Source: Oikopleura dioica
Lineage: Eukaryota > Animalia > Chordata
NCBI GenBank assembly: GCA_907165135.1
Contig: OU015568.1
Location: 1,364,001 to 1,428,000 of the forward strand
DNA: 64,000 nucleotides
Reading direction: 5' to 3'
Shown: positions 24,297 through 36,526 of the stretch, in pieces
How positions within the stretch are numbered: position 1 is the first letter of the stretch
How the letters are laid out: every line of letters starts with the position of its first letter
The notes under the pieces: generated by a model
Seen by the model: only the letters and a program-made list of their open reading frames with translations
Databases searched by the model: none
Told to the model about the DNA's origin: nothing
Position numbers and translations under genes: made by a program

Positions 24297-25450
24297 TTAA
24301 GAAGTTCGCATGTCAATGTAGGCCTTCTTGACGACATCGAAACCAGAAAGAACACCAGCTCCAGCAATACCTGGGGAAGAGAGGGATTAGCGGGTTAAAA
24401 GAAGGGATAGAGCTTACCTCGGAGGATGTTAGCGCCAGCACCCTTCATGAGGGACATGAAGCCTTCGTTCTTGATGACCTGCATACCGCAGTCAAGGGAG
24501 GATTTGTAGTGGACACCAGTTCCAGAGGTCATCATCATTCGACGTCGGACGGTATCGATGGGGTAGGAGGCGAGGCCAGAGACGACGGTGACGGCTAAGG
24601 GTTAAATGTTAACCTAGGAAGGGATGACTGTTGGCTTACCCCATCCGAGGAGGAAGGAGACGATGAAGGAGGCATCAGGTCCGAGGAAGATGGGCTTGAT
24701 GGTATCGTAAAGACCGAAGTAGAGACCTAGATTAGAAGGGATGAGGAAAAGTGGAGGAATGGATGAGCGTTACCTCGGTAGATGAAGATACCGACGCAGG
24801 AGATGGCGAAACCTCGGTAGAGACCGGCAATACCGTCGGAGGCGATGGTCTTCTTGTAGACATCGATGAGACCGTTGTACTGTCGCTTACCGTCCTTGCC
24901 TGAAGATGAAAGATTAACAAAGCGCCTTCGGAGTGAAGAGAGGGGGCGAACAAAAGGCTATAGCATATGCTTACCCTTGGCGTCGTTGGCGAGTCGGGTT
25001 CGGGCGTAGTCGAGGGAGTAGACGACGGTGAGGGACATGGAACCAGCGAAACCACCGGAGGCGATGTTGGTGGCGAACTTGACGGCGTTGCTGGCGTCCT
25101 TGGAGGTGGCGAAGAGAGCCTTGATCTGTCCCTTGAAGGCGAAGTTGAGGGCCTGGGTGGGGAAGTATCTGAGAAGACCGTTAGTCTGAGTCTGAAGGAA
25201 TCCGAGCTTACCGGAGGACGTTGGCAAGGTTTCCTCGCCAGAAGGATCCGACACCTTCAGAAGCCATGGTTCGTCGGGTGCAGTCGACAATACCGGTGTA
25301 TCGTCGGTCAAGGACGCCCTGCTTGATCATCTCATCCTGGTTCTGGACGAGGAGCTTGACTCGCTCGATGGGGGCGGCGGCGGTCTTGGAGACACCAGCG
25401 GCAACGCCAGAGAGCATGAACTCTTCGAAGAAGTTAAGCTTCTTGGCCAT
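24297..25450 (-). CDS. ANT: Mitochondrial ADP/ATP carrier
   Basis: [54 protein letters not shown] and [15 protein letters not shown]. Strong C-ending codon bias. A non-coding upstream exon has its donor at about 25796. Confidence 0.98.
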
Positions 25451-26671
25451 GGCTAAAGCGGTTTCAATCTGAAAAAAGAACGAACGGTTAGAAAAAGCTT
25501 GAAAAAAATAATTTCGGAAAGAAAAAAGGAAAAAAAAGAGAAAAAGAAAGCCGCTTGCGGCTTCCAACTCAAATGATAAGGTCATATTCTGTTTGGTCCT
25601 CTTTTAGCTCAATTTGAGCTGTTCAAAGAAGAATAGAAATAATTTTGACTCGAAAGCCGCAAGCGGCTTTTTCGCCTTGGTAAGAACCTTTCAAATCATT
25701 TGAGCCGTAAAAGTGCCATTTCTCGAGTCGTTAAAAGGTCGATTTCTATTGATAAAGTTCGTTTCTCTAAGTTTTGAAAAATATTAAGTTAGCTTACCCC
25801 TGATCAACGCTCGACAAGAACTGAAGCTCAAAGGGGTAGGCCATGTTTTTATTTCTCAAAATAGGTGCAAAGAAGGAGGCACAGATTACTATCTCTCGCT
25901 CAGTAATACAGTAAGAAAAACACTTCTGTCTAAAAGTAGGACGCTTTGCAAAACGCGTAGGCGTTAATTTCTGCCTTATTTGGGCACGCATTATTATGTA
26001 ACTTGGTCAACACGCCGGGGCGACCCAAACCGGCTACAGCTCAAGGAATTTGAATTCTGATTGGTTACATAACTAGAAAATATAAAAAGGTTAAAATTCG
26101 ACCTCTCTAAATGTTCTCTCAAGGCGAATGAGGGGAAAGTGGTTTGGAACGAATTTTTTGGTGAGGAAAGAGCGCCAAATCTGAAGATGAAATGATAAAA
26201 ATGAAATTTCTAACTGAAAATGCTCTTTTTTGGATTTTTATTAAATTTTCAAATCTGTCAAGTTTAATCATCCGTTGACTCAAAAATAACACTTTTACGT
26301 CTCTGGTCATAATCTCTTGTAAAAATCTGAAGATTCTCTGACGGTTACTTGGGCGCTGCACTATTTGTGAAGAAATTGGAGCTTTAGCCAATCAGCGCTT
26401 CAAGCCGCCGCATTCTGACGAACCGGGACGTGGCAACGGACGCTCAGACTGCTCCACTCGCAAAATTCGCGCGTTATGTAACTTCCATCCTTTTCGCTGG
26501 AACGGGGTCTTTCAGGGACGAGTTACAGTTTTCTTATATAAATACCAATCAGGGCTTTGAGATAAATGTGACTTTTGAAGAAACTTGAAAATCTCCAAAA
26601 TGAAACTAGCGAATTTCTCAAGAATGTCCCTAGTTTGGCGTATTTTTCGCTCAAGGGGATCTCTGTTTTAA

Positions 26672-26950
26672 CCCTACGCCGCCAAATGTGCCATATATGG
26701 CACAAGGGCTTTCCAAAACCCATTTTTCTCTCCGTCATCATTTCGGGTTCTTCCATTTTTACTCATTTTCGGGCAATAGTCTGGGCTTGGGTTTGGGTTC
26801 ATTTTTGAGCTCGGGTTCTGGTTCGTGTTCGGATCTTGGTTAAGGTTCGGGTTCGGCGATTATATGGGGCCTAGGACGACGGAAAAGATGATGTGCCATA
26901 TATGGCACATTTGGCGGCGGGGGGTGAAATTTTAGTTTGGCGGCGTAAGG
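26672..26950. mobile_element. piggyBac-like MITE, TTAA TSD, nested in an older inverted repeat
   Basis: TTAA|CCCTACGCCGCCAAA ... TTTGGCGGCGTAAGG|TTAA, with an 18-bp palindrome TGTGCCATATATGGCACA near each end. Confidence 0.88.
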
Positions 26951-27250
26951 TTAACGGATTTTGAGGTCCCGGACTTTGTTAGTCTAAAATCCGTTAAAAA
27001 AGAGATTCCCTTGGGGGACTATCAAAATTTGTCGATTTTAATGGGTACCCTATTTTACGCATTATTCTGATTATTCATCATATTCTCAGTCTCTTTCTAT
27101 CTTCATTCATTTTCATGACCCTAAGAGTAATTCTAGGAAATGTTTCTAGAAAAAAAAACTCAAATTTCCTTGCGTTCTCTCAAGCAGAAAAAAGCTGCCA
27201 CACCCAAAAACACTCAGACTCTTTTTGGCTCTTCAATTTCAACAATAAAA

Positions 27251-27990
27251 ATGTCGAAAAAAGAGATTCGCAAGTTGGTCAAGCAGTTGTTGTCAAAAAG
27301 CTCGGATTTGCCTCTTCAAGGTGAATTTCTTGTTTCGTCGGTTCAAAATAGGGAAGAATGGAAAGTCGCGAATGTGGTGGCCATGTATTTGCCGCTCAAA
27401 GATGAGCCAAATATTGATGAGCTCATTCTCCAAGGACAAAGATTTTGGGCTCAACTTTCCTTTTCAAGTTTTGGTTTGAAAACTTTTTGCGCATAATACA
27501 ATTTGCCCTAGTCTAGGGCCCCTAGAATTCATTGAGCTTCGCATTAAATATGAGATTTCTCAAAACAGGACTCCAAGTAATCGTAATTATTTCCTGAATC
27601 TTGACTTAGAACTGGAAAAACAATATGTGTGCCAAAATACTATCCGACCGGTGAAATGCATTTCGTTAAGCTCCAAACTCCCCTACAAAGCTTGCCAAAA
27701 GACAAGTATGGCATCAGAACTGAGCCAAACGATGAAACTATCGACGAATTCGAGTTGATGATCGTCCCCGGCAGAGCTTTCACTTCCTGTGGAAAGCGCT
27801 GTGGAAGAGGAGGAGGTTTGGAGTTCAATGAATTTCATAGAAAAAGTTGCGTTTAGGTTATTACGATCGATTTATGGAGAAGAATGCATGTCCGAAAATC
27901 GCTCTGGCTTTCGCGGAGCAGATCTTTGATGATATTCCAACAGAAGAGCATGATCAGAAGGTCGATTTAGTTGTGTTCAAGCCCAAATAA
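27251..27990 (+). CDS. MTHFS: 5-formyltetrahydrofolate cyclo-ligase
   Basis: MSKKEIRK, AMYLPLKDEP, GKTICVPKY, LMIVPGRAFTSCGKRCGRGGG|YYDRF and IPTEEHDQKVDLV. Confidence 0.93.
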
Positions 27991-28129
27991 ATTTCTAATA
28001 AAAGCTTCAATCAAGTATTTATGAAGATTTGGGTATCTTCCAAGCAATCTAGTGCATAGAGGTGATGCATTTATTGACTCTGTTAGATGTTAGAAATGTG
28101 GAACCAGCATATAGCAGGGAGTTCTTTAG

Positions 28130-29160
28130 TTAGTTGTAGATTTTCTTGACATCATCGTTTGGTCTTTCGCCGAGAATGATGTACCTAAAATAAGGGAGTC
28201 TTAACCTAATTTGGCTAATTCGCAGCTTACATTTCTTCGCGGATATCTTCAGTTTCAGTCCAAGTTCCTTTCATATCACAGGGTTTTTGACCCTCGTCAT
28301 TCGTGCACTAGAATTACAGTTATTGAATTTCAGTGCTTTCTGTTCAGCTGTGAGTGTAGATTCTACACTGTAGAATTTTACCTTTGGATGAATTCCAGCA
28401 GCGATTAAAAGTCTGGCAGTGGGTCTTGGATCCCAGCAGGGGATATCCTCCTGTTATCAGTATTGCTCAAATTGCTCCCATTTTAATTGATAGCACTGCT
28501 AATTGAGCATCACGTGCCTGGAGAAGCATATGAAGGAGACTATTGCCTGGTCCTGATAGCACTTTTGTATCAGCGCCAGCGGAAATCCAACTTTTGTGTT
28601 GAAAATCTCACGTTTTTTTCTTGAGAATTTTTATTGTATTATTTAGTTTTGAGAAAGTTCTTTCGGTTTTATTCGGAGATTTCAATACCTTTGAAAGCGG
28701 ATACGCAGGCAGCAGGATCCTTTCGAGTTAAAATCGCCTCCTGAATGGGAGTGAAACCTTATCCGCGATTCGGAACCCCTTTTTTCAAAAGTTTTGGCAC
28801 GTTAAGGATTTCCTGAGGGAAATCCCCTGACACTGACCGATCCAATTTTAACTGGACAGAAAACGTGTGAAATGGAATACAGACAAGATTCAACAGAGGA
28901 ACTCGTCTGCCCGGCATTTTTCGAAAAGTTCGTTCGCGATTCCTGAATGGCATTTTGTATTGATCTCGCCGCCGAATTTCTTAAGGGTATCCAACGTAGC
29001 TCGGACGAGAGGAGCTGGTGATTCCCGAGCAACTCGGCCAAAGACCGTGTATCCGGCGGGGTCGAATTCATTGGCGGTAACCATGGGTTTTCCACGCCGC
29101 GTTTTCTTGAGAATTTCTTCGACCAAATTGGCTTTGCCTTGGCCGGCGCATTCCATCAGC
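28130..29160 (-). CDS. Ankyrin-repeat protein (5' end unresolved)
   Basis: Exon fragments PLQQLMECAGQGKANLVEEIL, NEFDPAGYTVF, SAGADTKVLSGPGNSLLHMLL and TARLLIAAGIHPK|CTNDEGQKPCD resemble ankyrin repeats. Confidence 0.55.
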
Positions 29161-30642
29161 TGTTGGAGAGGGGTTCCTTAAATTTCGCTCGGAAATTAAA
29201 GGAGAAAGATGGTAAATTCTTCTTGTTGGGAGGATTCTGTACCTGTGAGAACCATTTTCTGCGAAGGTGTTTTCTCTTTTTTACACTTGAGGACTGGGCG
29301 AGAACCTCAATCAGGGGCCAGCTTATCGCCCATGCAATGATTTTGGGAGGTACTCATGTATTCAGTCTTCTGGCGTCTTTCAAGGCCATTCATCCCTTTC
29401 ACGTGACCTCGCTTTTCGCACCTTTTCAAGCCGATTTTGAACCGAATAGGCAGTACCTTTTTAGTCTTTCATAAGAAGCTTAAATTTCTCAAAGTCGTTG
29501 AAAGCGCCGATTATACTTTTGAACTGTGTCATTAGAAATTCGAGACAAAGTTCAGAAAATCCGGCTAAAAGACCTTTTAGGAATTATAATGACGTGTCGT
29601 TGAAAGAAAGGGTCACTGAACCTAGGCTTAATTTGAGGACTTGAGCCCTCGCTCGCTTTAAAATTAGAACATTCAGCTAAAACAGATGGCAGGGTGAGAT
29701 CAATTCTAGAGCTTGTTGAAAGCGTGGCGGATAAACCGAAGTATTCGGTGGGTAAACTTTTAGGCCTCTATTACTCGGCTATATGATCACGGACAAGCCC
29801 AGCTTCAAGATCAATTTGATAATCTTAGAATGCTTTTCAGTTTAAGCCTTCTCTCTCTGTAGGTTTTCTTTTCACCTGTGAACTTCACGGTTGAAAGAAT
29901 CGCTATTAACAAAACTACTGCACTGAAAAACTGCGACAACGGAACAATGAAACAAATTGCAACATGAAAATAATCCAACTAGCGTCAACTTCAAAGCCCT
30001 TTTTGTTATTCGAAGCATTAGTAACCCTTCCCCTTCCGTTTCGTCAAGATAAACACTTACTTGTTCTGATCGTCTTTTGCGCTTATCAAAGATTTGTGTT
30101 TTAGAAAGCGGAGTCGACATTCTAAGTCTAATCCTCTCGGAAGTTCCCCTCTTCTCGCACACGTTCGCTCGACTTGACCTCAATAATCCGCCGAGAAAAC
30201 TCAACAACGAGTTCAAACCTGAAAATGCGCGAAATGCTTTCCTAAAACGTGTCTAGGTCCTTTGAGATGCACTTTTGTCTACGAACTTTGAAAACGGGAT
30301 GCCACTTGTTTTCTTAGAGTCGGATTAAATCTAAGCTAGCCACGAGATAGATTGCGCCCTGCACTCATTATCTAAGTCTTGTCCTTTCTATACTATTTGT
30401 CCGGATTTTCCGGGGATAGGATGATTTGTCCGTTTTAGTTTATAATCTTCCCTTTCTACCCAATTTGGCAATTAGATCTTTTCCGCCTTACTTAATTATC
30501 ACGCTGCGGGATATGTTGCCACGCTTCCTGTGGGAGTTTAACGAAGCAAAATCAGGTCAAAATGTTCAATATTTGTCAGGGTTTCTCGTATATAAGCAGA
30601 ACAGTTCCATCGTTAACCATTTCAGAATTTCTTTTTATAAAT

Positions 30643-31665
30643 ATGGGCAATGAAAACAGTACTGCTGACAAATGCTGGCACAGCCTTACATTGAATCAGA
30701 GATATAAGTGGTACAACACGAAAGAATGGCCGATAGAGATTCAAGACCCTATCCTTACACCTGAACTTAGGGAAAATCTTGATGCTATTATTGATAAATT
30801 AAAAGCCAGAAACGATTTCAGCATCATATTTTTCAACAGCTTAAATTGGATTCAGTTGTGCGGGGATACTTACGGGTCCAAAGTCGATGGAGTGAAGAAG
30901 AAGACATCCAAAGACGAATCAAAGAAGTCATACAACTACGGCGATGCTGATATCTGTCATCAAAGAGGAGTCGTTCTTAATTTTGATATGTTGCCTCATG
31001 AGTGCCCCTATGCGATTACTTATTTCATATTGACGAATGAAATGATCTCTAGTTTACTTCTCAAAGAAGAAAGTAACGCACGTAAACTAGGGCCAGTTGA
31101 GGATTGGACTAAGCTCCTTTTTCATCATTCTAATTCTGTTGTTAATCGTTCAAGTATTATGCCAGAGGAGAAATTCGATGAAAAATTTGACTTCTCTAGC
31201 GGACGAAATAAGTATTATCGCAAAAATTTGCTTCATTCTTATTTCAAGTTTTTGCGAAACACGAAAACGCATTTCTTCGAGCATACAAGAATAAACAAAT
31301 TTCAAGAACTATTATTTCGTGGTATAACTACGACAAAAGACATTCAAGCGAGAATTTGCGCACTTCCAAAGCTTGAAATGTTCTTGCTTATAGCTCAAAG
31401 CTATATTTTTAAACGAGATGACATTCATCTCTTCGTCAATTTCAAGCCAGAGGCTTACAAAAGAGTCAATGTTGTTAATTTTGTAAGCGTCATCTTAATT
31501 TTGCTTGATTATTTCTATGAGATAAAACCATCCAAACAACTTAAAGAAGCCTTGAAAAAAATATTCATCGTCGTATATGGTACTTTGGATATTGAAAACC
31601 CGTGCATGGTTCCAACCAGGGCGAAAGATGCCAACATCGCGTCGTCTGAAATTAATTCAATTTAA
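30643..31665 (+). CDS. Intronless 340-aa protein with a putative KEN/RNase L-like ribonuclease motif
   Basis: Longest uninterrupted complete CDS in the window. TTTCAG at 30620-30625, then an MGNENS start; internal DWTKLL...YYRKNLLHSYFKFLRNTKTHFFE. The functional call is inference. Confidence 0.7.
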   Translation: MGNENSTADKCWHSLTLNQRYKWYNTKEWPIEIQDPILTPELRENLDAIIDKLKARNDFSIIFFNSLNWIQLCGDTYGSKVDGVKKKTSKDESKKSYNYGDADICHQRGVVLNFDMLPHECPYAITYFILTNEMISSLLLKEESNARKLGPVEDWTKLLFHHSNSVVNRSSIMPEEKFDEKFDFSSGRNKYYRKNLLHSYFKFLRNTKTHFFEHTRINKFQELLFRGITTTKDIQARICALPKLEMFLLIAQSYIFKRDDIHLFVNFKPEAYKRVNVVNFVSVILILLDYFYEIKPSKQLKEALKKIFIVVYGTLDIENPCMVPTRAKDANIASSEINSI

Positions 31666-32035
31666 TTTCAGATATGAAAATTTAAATTGTTGATTATAAT
31701 TGTACATTTCGTAAAAATATATTTCAATTCGCGTTAAAATTTTATATATATTTTTTTTGTTTTTCTTTCTTAGATTCAATTATTTTGTTAAACGTGTATA
31801 AATTAGAGCTTTGATAATTTTTTGTCCGTTTTTTTTTATCAGACGACTCCTCTGATTCGAACTCAACTTCACAAATGGTGGCGCTGTTAACTCTTCGGAT
31901 CAACCTCGGTGAGTCGCAAGCGCACTCTAGAGATTATCGGACTTTGTATAAAATCAGCTTCAAGTCATCAGTTGCTCATTCAATTCAACACAGTTTTTAG
32001 TTTTTGTCCCTTCCAAAAACTCAGATCGCAGAAAA

Positions 32036-32949
32036 ATGAAGCTCTTCAGCGTTTTCGTCATCGCCGCAGTTTCCGCCCAAGGATTCGACGCCAAAGTTGC
32101 CAAGTAAGTTCCATGAGAGATATATTTTCAAAGAAAAGTGTTGAAAAAATGAGTCCTGAAAACTAATTTCACAATTTTAGCCTCGCCAGAAATGTGGATT
32201 TGAGCGAGTCCGATGAAGACCGACAAGCCCGATTCAAGCAGGAATGCAAATCGACCATTGGCAACAAGCAAGACACTCCCAAGTTCAAGGAGAAGCTCAA
32301 TGCTTGCATGGACAAGAAGAACGCCAAGCACGCCAAGCGAGTTGCGAAGGCCGAAGCTGCTGCCGATAGAGCTGAGATGAAACAGAAAGTCAAGGCTAAG
32401 AAGGCCGAGAAGGTTCCAATCAAGGTAACATAGATTTTTTTCAACCCCCTTTTTTATCTCCATTTTTTTTAGGAAGAGCGAGCTTTCTGCAAGAACGCCT
32501 GCAAACAAATCGCCAACCAGATCACAAAGGCCAACTGTCTTTCTTGGTGGAAATACTCTACCAGGTAACAAGAATTATCTTCTTCGCTGATTTTAACCGC
32601 ACATTTCAGAGTCCAGATCCAGGAGATTTTGGACGAAATTATGGAGATCCGAGACCCTGCCCAGCGAAACTCTGTCGAACACTGCTACACCAAGTCTGGC
32701 TTGAGCGGATCTGAGAGCACTTGCAAGGTAAGACCTTTCTTTCAAACACCAGACGACCCCTTCTTCAATCGTTTGCTTCATTCTGACAACCATTTTCAGG
32801 ACTTCGCCATCGGCTACTGCGACGGTTTGAACCTTGCCAAGCCCTCCCCGATCCTTCGAGACTGCAAATCCTTCTGCATCAACGAGTGCATGGAAGCAGG
32901 CGAGACTTGCTCCTGGACCGAGGATGATTTCGACGGCGAGCAAAAGTAA
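32036..32949 (+). CDS. Secreted Cys-patterned lineage-specific protein (oikosin-like candidate)
   Basis: MKLFSVFVIAAVSA signal, five exons with GT-AG introns, C-ending codon bias and C-x3-C motifs. Confidence 0.75.
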
Positions 32950-33366
32950 ATTTGATAAAAGTTTCTTTGCACCAATAGTTAATTTTACTCTGTAATCTGC
33001 TTTTAACATTCTTACTAATTCTGCTTCTCTATCTTTCCCTATTTCTAAATCTCTCAGAATCGTGACTGAAATAACCGACTGTACTCAATGATTCTTTTCT
33101 ACGAAACTCTTTTCGGAAGAAAAGAACAGTCAAGGTCACAAGAAACCCTCCTTCCCCCTCTCTTCTTTGAATTCACGCAAATTGCAACCACACTGTATAT
33201 TTCTCTCTGAACGAGAGCAGAAAATTGAATATGAAAAATGTACTTTCTATTTTCTCCTGTCCGAGAATCTGCCTGTGATGATAGTGACATGACAATTTTC
33301 TGATCTCAAGTAAATAAACAAAAATCGCAAAAAAAAGTCAAGTTTATAAATTTTTATTGAGACGGA

Positions 33367-34483
33367 TCAGTACAAAGTATGAAAACAGTTGTATAAATAA
33401 AGGCTTTCAACTAACTTGATCTGGGAGAATCCCAAGAGTAAGGCAGCATTTCGACCATCCCAACGAGTAGTACTCCAATTGATCGCTGAATTTTGGCGAC
33501 GATGGCGGATTGGAACCTGGTTTTCGATCAATGCAACTAGAATTTTTGATACTTTCATAATGTAAAAGCAAAGCTTACAGATCAGCACATCCCTGCTGCT
33601 CGTTTGGGCTGCAATTTGTCGAGCACCAGTTAGGATGAATTATTGTTGATAGATTGTTGCAGCTCTTGTTTTCCTTTCTTCTGTCGTCTAGCAAGTATCT
33701 TTCCCAAAAGTCTGTGTTCTTTCCAGCGATGCTGACAGCAAATGCTCCTTGTTTATTTTCCCCGCAATCGTCGTTTTCCCAGCCGTAGTCTTCCACTGGG
33801 TAATTTCCATCGCCACCGCAGTAGGAGAACCAAATTCCGGGGCCATCAACGGACTCGCCGTTGAGTTCGGAGAATCGGGCCGTCGCAGCGCTGTAGTAAG
33901 CCCAGTATGCATCAGGGATGCAATTAAGATCTGCATTGATTGGTGGACTAAAAAGAGTATGGACTCTGGAAAATGTGATGAGACTTACGCATGGAAGGTA
34001 TTTTCAGTATCACTAAATCGGCTGTCAGAAGGATGAGTTACCGCCCACATGAATTCTACCCAGTCCGGTGCTGGTCGACCTCTTTAATTTCGATGATTTG
34101 AATTTTCTATGGAGAAAGCTCCTACCTTACCTGTCCGTATGTTTCACGACAAAAACCGATGCAGTTTTCCCCTTGTCATCCGCATATTCTCCGCGAAAAC
34201 ACGAGTTTTCTCCTTGATTGCATCGAAAATACGATTTTCCTTGACTATTGCTGTAGGAAATAATCAAGAAATTTGAATTGTCTGTCCAACCAGCATTTTG
34301 AAGTGATTCCTGAAAATTTCAAACCGGTTTCTCTTAGGGAAAACTCACTTTGATGCCCCATGTGATTTCCCATTTCGTCGCCCCATATTTTATCATAAAC
34401 TCTGCCACATTCGCCACATCAGTTTTCCAATCTGTCGCTGAAACCTGTAAAAATTTAAAAGCCCAAAAAATTAAACTATTCAT
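33367..34483 (-). CDS. Putative secreted protein, unknown family
   Basis: MNSLIFWAFKFLQVSA start. Exons join in frame (…WGIK|ESLQNAGW…KHTDR…YCGGDGNYP…VALIENQVP…TLY*). Confidence 0.55.
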
Positions 34484-34741
34484 ACTGCACGTCACTGTAC
34501 TTTCATGAGAAATGCATTGAGAGGAATTTAAATAAAGCAGCTGCTGGGGTCTCAGACAATTATGAGTTGTTATAGATTGAAGAATCTCCTTTTTTCTTGA
34601 GCATTTATCTTTATTCAGATGCAAATGAGTCTGGATTTAAGTAAAGTTTAAGTTATTCACGAAAGTCAAAAACTTTGAATACAGAAATTTTGATGATCTT
34701 TGACACGGGTCCATATAACTCTCTGACGACTTCTTCTCCCA

Positions 34742-34813
34742 TCCGTGTTAGTATAGTGGTGAGTATTCCCGCCTGTCACGCGGGCGACCGGGGTTCGATT
34801 CCCCGACACGGAG
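34742..34813 (+). tRNA. trnD-GTC: tRNA-Asp (GTC)
   Basis: Acceptor stem TCCGTGT/ACACGGA, anticodon arm CCCGC-CTGTCAC-GCGGG, T-loop GGTTCGATTCC, no encoded CCA, and a T-run at 34816-34821 (Pol III terminator). Confidence 0.97.
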
Positions 34814-35317
34814 AGTTTTTGATCATTTAATAATTATTATTTCTTGAATAACTTTTCGTCAATTGCCCGAATTCGATTTCGTTCATGCTCTTGATCGTGC
34901 AGTACCAAAACCCACTCCGGATTCGTGACATTCAAAAAGAAAAAAAAACCGGCGACTCACCTGTCGAGCTGTCAGAAAAGAAGAACTGTTCGTGAAGAAC
35001 GAAAGCGGTACTCACACAAACGTTATTTTTCTTTCCAAAATATCGCTTGCAATGGTTATCGAAGAAAATAATAAGAAGATAAGAAATTTATTTTTTCAAG
35101 AAAAGATACGGGTATAATTATTGTAAACCAACAATAAATAAAACTTGATTAAAATTAGTGCCTTGACTGTGACTGCATTGGTGTCTTGAGACGAAAAAGA
35201 AAAAAAATATTTTTGTTGCCCGATTATGTTTTGACGACTCGAAGCATTCGCACCCAAGAATATGATTTACAAAAATCAGGCAACAAAAAGACATGGAAGA
35301 AAAAGGTGACTGCAAAG

Positions 35318-36199
35318 ATGAGCTTGGCGAAGCATGGAAACGCTACAGATCGCCAGCTTTACAGTTATCTGTCGCTTGGTTCTATTTTCTGGATTACTGT
35401 TATGCTCATAGGTACTGTTCATGAGCTTATATGAAAATTTATAATAGCAAATTTTTATTCCTTGGAAAAATCCCGCGGTAAAACAACTTTTTTGACCACG
35501 ACATGCCATCGAGAATACAAGAAATGCGTTCAAATGGCGACAATGGACCACTGCGGGCATCTGATGAGAGAATGCTTTGAAACTCGAAAATTTGTCTTTC
35601 CTGAACATGCTGCTCAAGTTGTGCCGAGAGAAAATGAACCCCGTATTTTCTCCGAAGAAGAAAACGATGTTAACCTTCTGCGTTGTCAGAAGAAACAGTT
35701 TTACGATCAGAAAATCTGCCGCCATCTTTGTTCGAATTCGCTCGTTTTGAAATCAACAAGGAGGAACCCGATTTCGCTGTGTGAGTCAATCTGCTTCGAG
35801 CTCACAAGATCCTCAGATGCCGCTGGAGAAGTTTGCCCATCCCAAAAGTACTGTTTGAATGGGTGTCCTTGCCCATTTTACGACTGTGAAAAATTTGAAT
35901 CGCGACAGAGGCTGATTCCCGTTTTCGATCTGCAGAAGAGCTCGACAGACGAGCAGATGTCGAATGAAATGATGATGACGTTGAATGACAACAAATATCA
36001 GAACAATTTCAGAATAACCATTCAATCAGATCAAGATCTCCAAATTCTGAAGAAGCGTTGGGCGAATAGGAATATCGCACCACAGAAACTTCCAATTATA
36101 TTTTCGGATGTTGACGGCAATTGTAAACAACCAGATATTCCTGAATCTTTTTATGCTTATGAACGTTTTATGAAAAAACATTTCTCTCGAATTTTTTAG
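35318..36199 (+). CDS. Cys-rich protein of the appendicularian CPC/kelch-associated family (3' continuation uncertain)
   Basis: Hydrophobic anchor in exon 1 (35318-35410), then C-x-C repeats ending CPSQKYCLNGCPCPFYDC. The same motif type occurs in the gene at 57303-58947. Confidence 0.6.
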
Positions 36200-36526
36200 G
36201 GTATCAAGTTGATACAATCAACATAAAATCGCTCTATGAAACCTTCATATGACGATTTTAGGTCAATTACTTAAGGGTATCCCCGATATTATCATATCAG
36301 TAAAACATAAAAGTCAGCTGGTGCAACTTTTTTAAAAGGCGTGCATTATTTGGTCGATGCTCTTGGAAACTTGCTTACATTGACGGAAACTGGAACTAGG
36401 CCGGTCTTCATAAGGAATGGACTCAAGCAAATGTAGGCAAACTCAATTTAATGATATCTTTACTCGACTTGAAGCGGTTTCTTCGTATTCCACTTTGGAT
36501 CGTCTATCGGAACACACGAAATATTC

